A stretch of DNA of 64,000 nt from a bacterium (GCA_021813145.1 JAKALS010000004.1:8594-72593), one strand, 5' to 3'; positions 11,432-21,533 are shown, numbered from the stretch's first letter. Made by a program: numbers and translations. Notes: generated by a model not told the origin, from the letters alone.

Positions 11432-13650
11432 GCTTTTTCGAAAATTACGTTTGAAGAATCTATGGGTACTGCTTGAGGCTCTTTGATTTTCTCATCCGGT
11501 TTTTTCTCGTGTATTTTTTCTTCCTTTTTGTTTTTTGAATACCTTTGTGCGGAAACTTTAATAACTTTTTCCCTGTTTTGGGTTTTTGATTGTGGCAAAG
11601 GTAGGGTTTGGGCAAGAAAAGGTGCCGTTGTTATAGAATCTATGGAGAGTTTTGTTAATATCTGGTAGTTCCCCAAAGCCAAAAGGTCATCTTCTTTAAA
11701 TCTTTCCCCGAATTCTTTTGCAAGATAGTAAGTGTCCTGCGCTCCGACTACGAAAGACAAAAGGGTTCCGATATTTCCGAATATTGCTGACCTTACATCA
11801 TCGGGTATTTGCGCCATATATTGGTTTGCCAAAATTAAATTAAGCCTGTATTTTCTTGCCTCGGACAATATTTTTATAAACGAACCCGTTGCAAAATTTT
11901 GGAACTCGTCTACATAAAGATAAAAATCTTTTCTTTGGGCTTCGGGTATATCGACTCTTTTCATTGCCGCAAGCTGTATTTTTGTAATTATCATCGCTCC
12001 CAAAAGAGATGAGTTATCTTCTCCGAGTTTTCCCTGCGACAGGTTAAGAATTAGAATTTTTCCTTCGTTCATTATCTTTTCAAGGTCTATTGTTGATTTG
12101 GGGTGACCTATTATATTTCTTACAGTCGGAGAGGAAACAAACTGCCCGACTTTATTAAGGATGGGAGATATGGACTCGCTGTAAAGCTTGGGAGGCATTT
12201 TTTCAAACTCATTTTGCCAGTAGCTTTTAAGGACAGGATCCTTAAGGTCTTTTACTATTTTATCCCTGAAACTTTTATCCGTTAGAAGTGGGTGTACATC
12301 CATAAATGTTGAATCCGGTTTTTCCAAAAGGGTAAGGACTGTATTTCTTAAAATGTATTCGAGTCTGGGTCCCCATGATGTTCCGTAGAGTTTCTTGAAT
12401 ATTGAAACTATTCCCGATGCAATCAACTCTTTTTGCGTTGTCCCTGCTTCCAGAGGATTTAAATGGAAAGAGCTGTCCGGGTCGGAGGGATTAAGGTAAA
12501 TTATGTCGTTAATTCTGTAAGAAGGAATATAGTCTAAGATAAGAGAAGTCAAATCTCCGTGCGGGTCTATAACGGCAAGGCCTTCGTTATTTCGCATATC
12601 GTTTATAAGCATATTTGCGATAAGAGTTGATTTTCCCGCTCCCGTTTTTCCCACAATATACTGATGTTTCCTTCTGTCATTTCTTTTTATACCGAAATTT
12701 GTAATTTTGTTTTTAAATTCCGTGTTTGCAAAAAAATTAATCTCCTTTTTCTCTTCTTGCGAAAGGTTTGCGGCAATAGGTAGATTTTCCGGCGGCTCGG
12801 AAAGGATTGTTTTTGTCCAGGAGAGATTATGGATTTTAGAAAGCTGTTCGGTAGGAAGATGATAAAGGGTTGCTATTTCCGACACATTTAAAATTTCGCT
12901 TGCCGGAATAAATGCTTTTGTCCTTTCCATTATTGCCCTGTGCAGTCTTTTTCTTTGCCAAAGTACGGGTCTTCTTAAAAAGAGGCTGTTTCCGGAAGGG
13001 TTTGAAAAAATAGAGAAGCCGTTGGTTATCTGGAAAAAATCCGAGTTGTTTGCCGTTTTTGCAAGAATTCTTATTCCCGTCTTAAAACCGTTTTTGCCGA
13101 TTTTTTCAGTAATAAATTTTGAATAAGGATTGGCGCCTTCTCCCGGTTCTTTCTGAAGGCTTTTTTGTCCTCTTGACTGCCACGACTGTGAAACGGGAAG
13201 AAGCAGGTATTGGATAACGACGGCGTTATCTTTATCCATTTTGGAAAGAAGGCTTAAAAGCGAAGAGAGGGGGTCTACTTCTTTATAATCTCTATAATTT
13301 TTTAATGGGTAAATAAAAGAAGATCGTAGTTTTAATCTTCCTTCGTGAATAACTCCCTTTCCTTCTAAAAGTGCAGGCAAATAATCTTTTACCTCGTTTA
13401 TAAGTGCTTTGGGATACTGAGCGCTGAGTTGTCCGATAACGAATGTTTGGTAGGCTTTTGGAACGACCAGGAAAAAATGTATCTGCTGGTCAAAAACCGC
13501 TATTTCCAAACTTATGGGAATACCCTTTTTGTAGACATATAAAATGGAACGCCTCAAGTTGGTTAAGCTGGCCAGAAACTGTTCCATGGCCTCGGGCGTT
13601 TCTTCGGATTTTCTCGGGGTTTTTATCTCAAGGACCGTTTTTTTGTCCAT
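11428..13650 (-). CDS. VirD4/TraG/TrwB-like P-loop ATPase (coupling-protein-like); start likely MDKK at 13650
   Basis: Walker A GKTGAGKS, IDPHGD, Walker B LYVDEFQNF, SEARKY, ANQY; TG-n-TATAAT upstream. Confidence 0.88.
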   Translation of the reverse strand: MDKKTVLEIKTPRKSEETPEAMEQFLASLTNLRRSILYVYKKGIPISLEIAVFDQQIHFFLVVPKAYQTFVIGQLSAQYPKALINEVKDYLPALLEGKGVIHEGRLKLRSSFIYPLKNYRDYKEVDPLSSLLSLLSKMDKDNAVVIQYLLLPVSQSWQSRGQKSLQKEPGEGANPYSKFITEKIGKNGFKTGIRILAKTANNSDFFQITNGFSIFSNPSGNSLFLRRPVLWQRKRLHRAIMERTKAFIPASEILNVSEIATLYHLPTEQLSKIHNLSWTKTILSEPPENLPIAANLSQEEKKEINFFANTEFKNKITNFGIKRNDRRKHQYIVGKTGAGKSTLIANMLINDMRNNEGLAVIDPHGDLTSLILDYIPSYRINDIIYLNPSDPDSSFHLNPLEAGTTQKELIASGIVSIFKKLYGTSWGPRLEYILRNTVLTLLEKPDSTFMDVHPLLTDKSFRDKIVKDLKDPVLKSYWQNEFEKMPPKLYSESISPILNKVGQFVSSPTVRNIIGHPKSTIDLEKIMNEGKILILNLSQGKLGEDNSSLLGAMIITKIQLAAMKRVDIPEAQRKDFYLYVDEFQNFATGSFIKILSEARKYRLNLILANQYMAQIPDDVRSAIFGNIGTLLSFVVGAQDTYYLAKEFGERFKEDDLLALGNYQILTKLSIDSITTAPFLAQTLPLPQSKTQNREKVIKVSAQRYSKNKKEEKIHEKKPDEKIKEPQAVPIDSSNVIFEKA

Positions 13651-13816
13651 ATTTAGCTTATGCAATTATAGCATTCCATTAAGAATAAGAAAAACTTCTT
13701 ACTTCTTTCTTACCTAACCTTAAAATAATTTTTACTGTCAGGATTTAACATGACTGCAGTATGGTAAAAGTCTACCAGAATGAGACCTCCAAAAAGGTCT
13801 CATTCTTTTGAGAATT

Positions 13817-14134
13817 ATGAAAGTAGCAGGATTTTTTTCAACCATAATAAATATAGTCTTCACCGTAATAGAGCTTTTGATAGGAGCAAGAGTTGTATTG
13901 AGGCTTTTGGGTGCCAATCCTTTTACTCCATTTGTTAACTGGGTCTATACGCTTTCCTCGGCTCTTATTTCTCCGTTTGCCAATATTTTTCCGAGCCCGG
14001 TTCTTAGAGGCGGATTTGTTTTGGATATTCCCGCGATCGTGGGACTTCTAGTTTATGCAATTTTGGCCTACGTAATTTTTCAGCTCATTGAATTTTTGTC
14101 GTACAAAAGGACAACAGTGTATACAACTCCTTAA
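13817..14134 (+). CDS. YggT family membrane protein
   Basis: Two hydrophobic segments; RVVLRLLGANP...FVNWVY...SPFANIFP. Confidence 0.75.
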   Translation: MKVAGFFSTIINIVFTVIELLIGARVVLRLLGANPFTPFVNWVYTLSSALISPFANIFPSPVLRGGFVLDIPAIVGLLVYAILAYVIFQLIEFLSYKRTTVYTTP

Positions 14135-14142
14135 TTTCCCTA

Positions 14143-14171
14143 TTGACGGAGTCAGAAAAATATTGTATATT
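14143..14171 (+). promoter_or_regulatory. sigma70-type promoter of tuf
   Basis: TTGACG-17 nt-TATATT. Confidence 0.7.
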
Positions 14172-14208
14172 AAGTCTAACCTTAGACGGGTTATTTTTTT
14201 GACCAAAT

Positions 14209-15390
14209 ATGGCAGAAACATATCAAAGAACAAAACCACACGTTAATATCGGAACCATCGGTCATGTAGACCATGGTAAGACAACATTAACAGCAGCAAT
14301 TGCTACTGTTTTATCCAAACAGGGTAAAGCAAAAGCGATGAAATATGAAGATATTGATAACGCCCCGGAAGAAAGAGCAAGGGGAGTCACCATCAATATT
14401 ACCCACGTAGAATACGAAACAGAAAAAAGGCATTATGCACATATAGATGCTCCGGGACATGCCGATTATATTAAGAACATGATTACGGGAGCCGCCCAAA
14501 TGGACGGTGCAATCCTCGTAGTCTCGGCCCCCGACGGACCCATGCCTCAAACAAGAGAACACATTTTACTAGCACACCAGGTTCAGGTCCCTTCAATAGT
14601 AGTATTTCTTAATAAATGCGATATGGTTTCGGATCCCGAACTCTTGGACTTGGTTGAAATGGAAGTAAGGGAACTTCTCACAAAATACCAGTATCCGGGA
14701 AATGATGTGCCGATTATAAGAGGCTCGGCTCTTAAAGCTTTAGAAGGCGACGCGGAAGCAGAAAAACAAATACTGGCATTAATGGATGCGGTAGATAATT
14801 ATATTCCTACACCTGTAAGAGATACCGAAAAACCTTTCCTTATGCCTGTTGAAGACGTTTTCTCAATAAAGGGGAGAGGGACAGTCGTAACGGGAAGAAT
14901 AGAAAGAGGCAAGATTAAAATCAACGATCCGGTCGAAATAATAGGAATCAAACCCACAAGACAGTCGGTTGTAACGGGCGTAGAAATGTTTAGAAAACAG
15001 CTCGATGAAGGAATGGCCGGAGATAACGTAGGACTTCTTCTTAGGGGTGTAGAAAAAACCGATGTAGAAAGAGGACAGGTTGTTGCAAAACCCGGATCGA
15101 TAACACCCCACACACAATTTGAAGCAGAAGTTTATATCCTTACAAAAGAAGAAGGAGGAAGACATACTCCCTTCTTTACAGGATACAGGCCGCAATTCTA
15201 TATAAGGACAACGGACGTAACCGGAGAAGCTACGCTTCCTTCCGGAGTAGAAATGGTAATGCCCGGAGATAACGCAAAAATGAATGTAAAACTTATTGTG
15301 CCGGTTGCTATGGAAGAAGGATTAAGGTTTGCAGTAAGAGAAGGCGGAAAGACGGTAGGAGCAGGAGTAATTTCCAAGATTATTGCTTAA
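14209..15390 (+). CDS. tuf: Elongation factor Tu
   Basis: [28 protein letters not shown]. Confidence 0.99.
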   Translation: MAETYQRTKPHVNIGTIGHVDHGKTTLTAAIATVLSKQGKAKAMKYEDIDNAPEERARGVTINITHVEYETEKRHYAHIDAPGHADYIKNMITGAAQMDGAILVVSAPDGPMPQTREHILLAHQVQVPSIVVFLNKCDMVSDPELLDLVEMEVRELLTKYQYPGNDVPIIRGSALKALEGDAEAEKQILALMDAVDNYIPTPVRDTEKPFLMPVEDVFSIKGRGTVVTGRIERGKIKINDPVEIIGIKPTRQSVVTGVEMFRKQLDEGMAGDNVGLLLRGVEKTDVERGQVVAKPGSITPHTQFEAEVYILTKEEGGRHTPFFTGYRPQFYIRTTDVTGEATLPSGVEMVMPGDNAKMNVKLIVPVAMEEGLRFAVREGGKTVGAGVISKIIA

Positions 15391-15412
15391 CGCCTTAATA
15401 AGTGTTAAAATC

Positions 15413-15436
15413 AATGACCGCAAGGTCATTTTTTTT
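15413..15436 (+). terminator. Intrinsic terminator after tuf
   Basis: AATGACC-GCAA-GGTCATT plus T run. Confidence 0.7.
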
Positions 15437-15462
15437 GTAATAAGAGGTTGGATCTTTAAAAT

Positions 15463-15771
15463 ATGCCAAAAGGAAGAATAAGAGTACGTTTAAAAAGTTA
15501 CGACGCAAGGGTAATCGACTCTACGTGTCAGCAAATATTGGATACGGCCATAAGGACCGGAGCCAAGGTTGTGGGACCGATACCTCTTCCTACAAAAAGA
15601 AGTGTATACGCAGTAAATAAATCTCCCTTTATAGATAAAAATGCAAGAGACCATTTTGAAATAAAAGTACACAAAAGATTAATAGATATAGTTTCTCCTA
15701 CGGAAAAAACAATTGACTCATTAACACACCTTGAGCTTCCAGCAGGTGTAAACATCGAAATCAGAATGTAG
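15463..15771 (+). CDS. rpsJ: 30S ribosomal protein uS10
   Basis: IRVRLKSYD, GPIPLPT, HKRLIDI. Confidence 0.99.
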   Translation: MPKGRIRVRLKSYDARVIDSTCQQILDTAIRTGAKVVGPIPLPTKRSVYAVNKSPFIDKNARDHFEIKVHKRLIDIVSPTEKTIDSLTHLELPAGVNIEIRM

Positions 15772-15886
15772 TTCTCCCCGATCTTTCTTAGCTCGCAAGT
15801 GAAATTTTCGTTTCTCGTTTGCTCAAGCAGATGTAAAGTTATCTGATAGAGAAAAAAATTCTGTTTTTATCCTTTAAGCTTTAAGT

Positions 15887-15915
15887 TTGACAAATCATAT
15901 CTTCGGATATATACT
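15887..15915 (+). promoter_or_regulatory. sigma70-type promoter of the ORFan at 15925
   Basis: TTGACA-17 nt-TATACT, ATG 9 nt downstream. Confidence 0.75.
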
Positions 15916-15924
15916 GCGGCCACT

Positions 15925-16485
15925 ATGAGCCATGAATCTATATCTTCTGAAAATAAATATTCTTTGGGTGAGATATTAAGAAGTTTAAACGAAAGCCAGA
16001 AGCACTCTTTGGCTATAATTTTGCGCCTTGATGAAAGATTAAGGGATATGTCCCAAAGTGCTGAATTTTCGGACATTAGGACTTTTTCTATAAGACACGA
16101 TGCCTCAAATAATATTAGAGGTTTGGAATGGGATAAAGAATATGGATTTATGGAGCCATTCGGGGAGCCTCTTACAGCAATGGATATACTAAATGATTAT
16201 ATTGCCCGAACCTATACAAAACGTACGCAAGGTCCTGTTTGGTATTTTTCCCATATGTTTCCCGATACAGATTCACCAACGCTAAGAAGATCGGCAAAAG
16301 AAGAGATAAGAGCTGCTGTTTCGGCTCCACTTTATGCTTATGAAACTTCGTTTGACGGTTTATTTCCGAAATTTAGGGCAAATTTTCAAAATGCTGCTGC
16401 TGCTTGCATAAGAGGAGAAGGGAAACTTCGGGCTGACCCGCAAAGCCTTCTTTCAAAAGCAAAAGAAATTGCCAAAATTCTCTAG
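15925..16485 (+). CDS. Hypothetical protein between rpsJ and rplC
   Basis: 186-aa ORF with its own near-consensus promoter; no motif recognised. Confidence 0.75.
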   Translation: MSHESISSENKYSLGEILRSLNESQKHSLAIILRLDERLRDMSQSAEFSDIRTFSIRHDASNNIRGLEWDKEYGFMEPFGEPLTAMDILNDYIARTYTKRTQGPVWYFSHMFPDTDSPTLRRSAKEEIRAAVSAPLYAYETSFDGLFPKFRANFQNAAAACIRGEGKLRADPQSLLSKAKEIAKIL

Positions 16486-16505
16486 AATTTCCACTTTAAT
16501 TCTAC

Positions 16506-16534
16506 TTGCATTTAGGCTCATTGCATTATATAAT
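16506..16534 (+). promoter_or_regulatory. sigma70-type promoter upstream of the rplC cluster
   Basis: TTGCAT-17 nt-TATAAT. Confidence 0.7.
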
Positions 16535-16540
16535 TATGCT

Positions 16541-16646
16541 TACTTAAGCATGGTTATAACGCATCAGGAGGTGATTGTAACTACATAGCAGAGCTTAAAA
16601 CTACGGATTCGTAAGTAAAGTGACTCTATGTGGGTCGCTTTTTTTT
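16541..16646 (+). ncRNA. Candidate structured leader or small RNA ending in an intrinsic terminator before rplC
   Basis: Hairpins TGGTTATAA/TTGTAACTA and ACTACG-GATT-CGTAAGT; terminator AAAGTGACTC-TATGT-GGGTCGCTTT plus T run (16617-16646). Confidence 0.5.
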
Positions 16647-16668
16647 GTGTTTTATAACCTGAAAATAA

Positions 16669-17586
16669 ATGAACATACAAGGGCTAATAGGCAAAAAAAG
16701 TTATCAGACACAGGGATTTCTGGAAGACGGGACGAGGGTCCCGTTGTCTGCTGTCATTTTGGCAGAAAACCTGGTTTCTCAGGTAAAAACGCAGGAAAAA
16801 GAAGGATACAATGCGGTGCAAATTGCCTTCGGAGAAAAGAGGAAAACAACAAAAGCATTACAGGGACACGGAAAGAAAGCGGGACTTGAAAAAAATGCCC
16901 GCTTTTTTAGAGAAATAAGAGTAGAAGACACGGCGGGGTTTGAGCCGGGTGCAAAAATAAATGTTAATGATGTGTTTAAACCCGGAGATATCGTTGACGT
17001 AACGGGAGTTTCCAAAGGAAAAGGATGGGCAGGAGTAGTTAAAAAATGGCATTTTAGAGGAGGACCAAGAACTCACGGGCAATCCGACAGAGAAAGGGCC
17101 CCCGGTTCAATCGGACAGACTACAACGCCGGGAAGAGTATACAGGGGAAAGAAAATGGCCGGGAAAATGGGAAGCGAAACTGCCACGGTAAAAAATCTCG
17201 AAATAACAGAAGTAACAAACGACGGAGTACTTTTAATAAAAGGATTGATTCCCGGTTATACAAACGGTTTGGTAATGGTTAAAAAGGTGGGAGAAAACAA
17301 AAAATTTGTCCCTCTCTATAAGGAAATATCAAAAGAGGAAGAGGTATCAGAACCTTCGGAAGGGCAAGAAACACAGGAAGCTTCTCCAGAACCAGTTGTT
17401 GAAGAAGCACCGGTCTTGGAAGAAAATCCCGAACAAAGTTCAGAGCCGGTTGTCAGTTCGCCTGCAAATGAACAGCCTGCTGTCTCTGAGGATAAGGGAA
17501 CAATAGAAGAAGCATCAGAAGCAACAGTGGAAACTGCCGAAAAGAGGAAAGAAGCACAAGAAGAAGAGAAAGGAGAGAATTCTTAA
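16669..17586 (+). CDS. rplC: 50S ribosomal protein uL3 with long acidic C-terminal extension
   Basis: VDVTGVSKGKGW, THGQSDRERAPGSIG, PGRVYRGKKMAG. Confidence 0.98.
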   Translation: MNIQGLIGKKSYQTQGFLEDGTRVPLSAVILAENLVSQVKTQEKEGYNAVQIAFGEKRKTTKALQGHGKKAGLEKNARFFREIRVEDTAGFEPGAKINVNDVFKPGDIVDVTGVSKGKGWAGVVKKWHFRGGPRTHGQSDRERAPGSIGQTTTPGRVYRGKKMAGKMGSETATVKNLEITEVTNDGVLLIKGLIPGYTNGLVMVKKVGENKKFVPLYKEISKEEEVSEPSEGQETQEASPEPVVEEAPVLEENPEQSSEPVVSSPANEQPAVSEDKGTIEEASEATVETAEKRKEAQEEEKGENS

Positions 17587-17654
17587 TTACTAATTGACCT
17601 AATAACATAATTTCTCTAAAGAGGTTAGAAATTAGGATTTAGAATTTTCAGAAT

Positions 17655-18425
17655 ATGCCAAAAGTTAAAGCCAACGTAAAAGTTAAGGTTGCTCCCAAAG
17701 CCAAAGTCAAGGTTGCAGTTAAGACAGGGTCTAAAACAAGTGCCACCAAAAAGGTGATACAAGAGCTTCCCAAGGAAACGGGATTAAAGCAAAGTGTTTA
17801 TGATACGAAAGGAAAGGTTGTAGAAAGCATAACTTTACCTAAAGAAATTTTCGGAGTAAAAGTAAACGAACATTTAATGGCCCAGGCCGTAAGAGTATTT
17901 CTTAACAACAGAAGAAAAGGTACGGTAAAAACAAAATCAAGAGGAGAGGTAAATAAGACAACAAAGAAAGCATACAGGCAAAAAGGAACAGGAAGAGCAA
18001 GGCACGGAGCAATGTCCGCTCCTATATATGTAGGAGGAGGAGTTGCATTCGGACCAAAACCCAGGGATTATTCATTAAGCCTTCCTAAAAAAATGAAAAG
18101 AGCAGCTCTTTTTTCCGCTCTTTCTGCAAAAGTTGCGGGTGGGGAAATAAAAGTTCTGACCGGACTTGAAAAGATTGAACCTAAAACAAAGCTTATGGCG
18201 GATGTTATAAAAAATCTTTCGCTTGATGGCAAAAATAAAAAGTTGCTTTTGGTAGCAGCCGATCCTAAAGCCGATAATGTAAAAAAAGCAGGAAGAAACA
18301 TAAAGGGATTAAGCATTTTGGATGCTAATCTTTTGAACACTTATGAAGTTTTGGATAGCAAAGGAATAATTTTAATGAAAGGAGCAATAGAAGCTATTCA
18401 AAAAAGCTTTGTAAAAGAAAGTTAA
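17655..18425 (+). CDS. rplD: 50S ribosomal protein uL4 with Lys/Val/Ala N-terminal extension
   Basis: RQKGTGRARHG, GGGVAFGPKPRDY. Confidence 0.98.
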   Translation: MPKVKANVKVKVAPKAKVKVAVKTGSKTSATKKVIQELPKETGLKQSVYDTKGKVVESITLPKEIFGVKVNEHLMAQAVRVFLNNRRKGTVKTKSRGEVNKTTKKAYRQKGTGRARHGAMSAPIYVGGGVAFGPKPRDYSLSLPKKMKRAALFSALSAKVAGGEIKVLTGLEKIEPKTKLMADVIKNLSLDGKNKKLLLVAADPKADNVKKAGRNIKGLSILDANLLNTYEVLDSKGIILMKGAIEAIQKSFVKES

Positions 18426-18709
18426 TGAATACAATAATTGCGCCGGTTATTTCGGAAAAATCTATGGCAGATGCGGCAAAAAATAAATTTACCTTCAGGG
18501 TAGCAAGGGCAGCCGGAAAAGACGAGATTAAAAAAGAAATAGAAAAAAAATTTAAAGTTAATGTAATAGGTATTTCAACAATTACGATTAAGGGTAGAAC
18601 TCAAAAAACCGGCACCAGGAGAATAGAGGTTAAACATTCGCCGTTTAAAAAGGCTGTAGTAAAACTTAAAGAAGGACAAAAAATCGCCTTATTTGATATA
18701 GGAGCATGA
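18425..18709 (+). CDS. rplW: 50S ribosomal protein uL23
   Basis: PVISEKS, FKKAVVKL; operon position. Confidence 0.97.
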   Translation: MNTIIAPVISEKSMADAAKNKFTFRVARAAGKDEIKKEIEKKFKVNVIGISTITIKGRTQKTGTRRIEVKHSPFKKAVVKLKEGQKIALFDIGA

Positions 18710-18740
18710 CCTTAAAATTAATAATTAAAGATTAAAAAAT

Positions 18741-19493
18741 ATGAAGAAATTAAAATTTATTAAAAAGAAAAATTCGGGAAGAGACCAAAGCGGACAAGTC
18801 TCGGTAAGACATCAGGGAGGACAGCATAAAAGATATCTTAGGGTAATAGACTTTAAACGTGATAAAATAGGCGTTGGCGGAAGAGTTGTTTCCCTTGAGT
18901 ATGATCCTAACAGGAGTGTTGATATTGCTCTTATTCACTACTCGGATGGAGAAAAAAGATATATTCTTGCTCCTCAGGGTTTAAAACTCAACGACACTGT
19001 CTTTTCCGGACAGAATGCGGATTTAAGGACAGGCAATACCTTACCCCTTTCTCTTATTCCGATAGGAACATTTGTGCATAATGTAGAGTTAACTCCCGGA
19101 AAAGGCGGACAAATAGCAAGAGGAAGCGGAACAAGTGCGATAGTCCAGGCAAAAGAAGGCGATTTTGTCCACCTTAAGATGCCATCAGGAGAGGTAAGAA
19201 AAATAAGAGCTGCGGGCTTTGCGACAGTCGGAGTTCTGGGAAAAGCGGAATTAAAAAACAGGAACTTGGGCAAAGCAGGAACAAAAAGACACATGGGAAT
19301 CAGACCGACCGTAAGGGGAGTTGCGCAGAACCCCAGAAGCCATCCTCACGGAGGGGGAGAGGGAAGAAGCGGAATAGGAATGTCTTTACCTAAGACTTTC
19401 GCAGGAAAGCCAGCGGTTGGAAAAACAAGAAGACCTAAGAAATATTCGAATAAGTATATTTTACAAAGGAGAAAGGCTGGTAAACACAGTTAA
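18741..19493 (+). CDS. rplB: 50S ribosomal protein uL2 (short N-terminus)
   Basis: [28 protein letters not shown]. Confidence 0.99.
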   Translation: MKKLKFIKKKNSGRDQSGQVSVRHQGGQHKRYLRVIDFKRDKIGVGGRVVSLEYDPNRSVDIALIHYSDGEKRYILAPQGLKLNDTVFSGQNADLRTGNTLPLSLIPIGTFVHNVELTPGKGGQIARGSGTSAIVQAKEGDFVHLKMPSGEVRKIRAAGFATVGVLGKAELKNRNLGKAGTKRHMGIRPTVRGVAQNPRSHPHGGGEGRSGIGMSLPKTFAGKPAVGKTRRPKKYSNKYILQRRKAGKHS

Positions 19494-19777
19494 TGAGTAG
19501 AAGTTCTAAAAAAGGACCATTTGTAGACCAGAGGCTTTTAAGAAAAGTCATGGTTCAGAAAAATACGGGCGACAAAAGCCCTATAAAAACGTGGTCGAGG
19601 GCATGCCAGATACCTCCGGAATTTGTAGGACACACGATTGCTGTTCACAACGGTAGGGTCTTTAACAATGTATTTGTTCTTGAAGGAATGGTGGGCCACA
19701 GGCTCGGAGAGTTTTCGCCTACCAGAACATTCAGAACCCATGGAAGAGTAGTAGCAAGGGAGATTTCTAAGACCTAA
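19493..19777 (+). CDS. rpsS: 30S ribosomal protein uS19
   Basis: [22 protein letters not shown]. Confidence 0.99.
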   Translation: MSRSSKKGPFVDQRLLRKVMVQKNTGDKSPIKTWSRACQIPPEFVGHTIAVHNGRVFNNVFVLEGMVGHRLGEFSPTRTFRTHGRVVAREISKT

Positions 19778-19801
19778 GACATAGGACTTAAGATTTAAAA
19801 A
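19767..19801. repeat. 7-nt-period array across the rpsS stop
   Basis: CTAAGAC CTAAGAC ATAGGAC TTAAGAT TTAAAAA. Confidence 0.7.
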
Positions 19802-19803
19802 TT

Positions 19804-20148
19804 ATGGAAGTAATTGCAAGAAGCACATCGGTAAGAGTAAGTCCAAGGAAAGTAAGGCTTGTAGCAGAGCAGGTAAGGACATTGCCTGTGGATGAAGCTT
19901 TAAAAGTTTTGGCGGTAATCAATAAACGCGGAGCGTTTGTACTAGGAAAAACTCTAAAAAGTGCGATAGCAAATGCCACAAACAACGCAAATCTTAAAAG
20001 GGAAAACTTATTTATAAAAACAATTGACGTAAACGAAAGCGTTTCCTTTAAAAGGTTTCATCCTTCGACAAGAGGAAGGGTGCATCCTTATAAAAAAAGA
20101 GGAAGCAATATACGAATAACTTTAGGAGAGAAGGGAGGCAGTAAATAA
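19804..20148 (+). CDS. rplV: 50S ribosomal protein uL22
   Basis: SPRKVRLVA, SAIANA. Confidence 0.98.
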   Translation: MEVIARSTSVRVSPRKVRLVAEQVRTLPVDEALKVLAVINKRGAFVLGKTLKSAIANATNNANLKRENLFIKTIDVNESVSFKRFHPSTRGRVHPYKKRGSNIRITLGEKGGSK

Positions 20149-20149
20149 G

Positions 20150-20203
20150 CAAATATCAAATAAGCAAATGACAAATGGGTGTCAAATGCCAATTGATAAA
20201 TGA
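20150..20203. repeat. CAAATGN-type 7-nt-period array in the rplV-rpsC spacer
   Basis: CAAATAT CAAATAAG CAAATGA CAAATGG ... CAAATGC CAATTGA TAAATGA. Confidence 0.7.
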
Positions 20204-20224
20204 TATTTACAACTAAAAGGAGTT

Positions 20225-20872
20225 ATGGGACAGAAAGTTAATCCAAAAGTAATAAGGCTCGGCCCGGTTTATGACTGGAGCAGCCGATGGTTCGACGATA
20301 AAAAATACAGCGACACACTTTTAGAGGATGTTAAATTGAGAAAATTACTAAACGAAAGGCTTAAAAATGCAGGAATTTCGGAAATAGTAATAGAAAGGTC
20401 CATAAATAACATAAAAATAACCGCTAACGTCTCAAGACCGGGAATGGTTATAGGAAGAGCCGGCTCGGGACTCGAGGAACTTAAGGAGTTCTTGTATGCA
20501 CAATTGGGCTATAGGAAAAACGGAAAAAATGCCCAAAAGCTTGATATAAGAGTAGAACCTATTAAAGATCCTAATCTTGATGCATATCTTGTTGCAAGAA
20601 ATGTTTCGGAACAGCTTGTGAGAAGGCTTCCTGCGAAAAGGGTTTTGAGCCAGACCGTAGATAAAGTTATGGGTTCCGGAGCAAAAGGAGTAAGAATAGT
20701 TCTTTCGGGAAGGATCGGCGGAGCCGAAATAGGAAGAAGAGAAAAATTACAGCAGGGAAAAGTCCCGCTTTCGACGATACGGGAACATATTAGTTTTGCA
20801 AGCGTTCCTGCTTTAACAAAGAAAGGATACATAGGAGTTAAAGTTTGGATAAACAAACCGGAATCGAGTTAA
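20225..20872 (+). CDS. rpsC: 30S ribosomal protein uS3
   Basis: MGQKVNP, RPGMVIG, SGRIGGAEI, IGVKVWI. Confidence 0.99.
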   Translation: MGQKVNPKVIRLGPVYDWSSRWFDDKKYSDTLLEDVKLRKLLNERLKNAGISEIVIERSINNIKITANVSRPGMVIGRAGSGLEELKEFLYAQLGYRKNGKNAQKLDIRVEPIKDPNLDAYLVARNVSEQLVRRLPAKRVLSQTVDKVMGSGAKGVRIVLSGRIGGAEIGRREKLQQGKVPLSTIREHISFASVPALTKKGYIGVKVWINKPESS

Positions 20873-20907
20873 AAATTCATAAAGAAATTAAAAATTAGAA
20901 TTAATAT

Positions 20908-21315
20908 ATGTTAGTACCGAGAAGAGCAAAATACAGAAAACAGCACAGAGGAAGAATGAAAGGGGATGCTTATAGGGGCACCAAGGTTTCCTTTGGAGAA
21001 TTCGGGTTGCTTGCAGAAACCGCCGGCTGGATTTCTAACAGGGAAATAGAGGCGGCAAGAAGAGCAATAACTCACTACACACAAAGAGGCGGAAGAGTAT
21101 GGATAAGAATTTTCCCTGATAAGCCGATAACAAAAAAACCTGCAGAAACAAGGATGGGAAGCGGAAAAGGAGATGTTTTTGAGTTTGTGGCTCCGGTAAA
21201 AGCCGGGAGAATGCTCTTTGAAATGGGCGGAGTCTCGCAGGATATAGCAAATGCGGCATTAAAACTTGCTGCGCATAAACTGCACGTAAAAACAAGGATC
21301 GTAGCAAAAGAATAG
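20908..21315 (+). CDS. rplP: 50S ribosomal protein uL16
   Basis: [22 protein letters not shown]. Confidence 0.99.
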   Translation: MLVPRRAKYRKQHRGRMKGDAYRGTKVSFGEFGLLAETAGWISNREIEAARRAITHYTQRGGRVWIRIFPDKPITKKPAETRMGSGKGDVFEFVAPVKAGRMLFEMGGVSQDIANAALKLAAHKLHVKTRIVAKE

Positions 21316-21328
21316 CTATAAAGTAATT

Positions 21329-21532
21329 ATGAAGACGAAAGAAAGAAAGGATTTACATACAAAGAGCCTGGCCGAGCTAAGAACACTTTTAAAAAGTGCA
21401 AAAGAGACGTTGTTAGATTATAATCTTGAGAAGTCTCAGAATAAGCTTAAAAATACAAGGCAGATTTTCTTAAAGAAAAAAGAAATTGCGCAGATACTAA
21501 GCGTAATGAGAGAAAAGGAGATTGAAAAATAA
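21329..21532 (+). CDS. rpmC: 50S ribosomal protein uL29
   Basis: Operon position; KKEIAQILSV helix. Confidence 0.92.
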   Translation: MKTKERKDLHTKSLAELRTLLKSAKETLLDYNLEKSQNKLKNTRQIFLKKKEIAQILSVMREKEIEK

Positions 21533-21533
21533 T

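Noticed and set aside
8205-14134. Integrative or conjugative element
   Set aside because: No integrase, relaxase, transposase or direct repeats seen; the ATPase alone is insufficient.
16541-16646. Known riboswitch (preQ1 or SAM class) before rplC
   Set aside because: Core consensus motifs were not found and the gene context does not fit.
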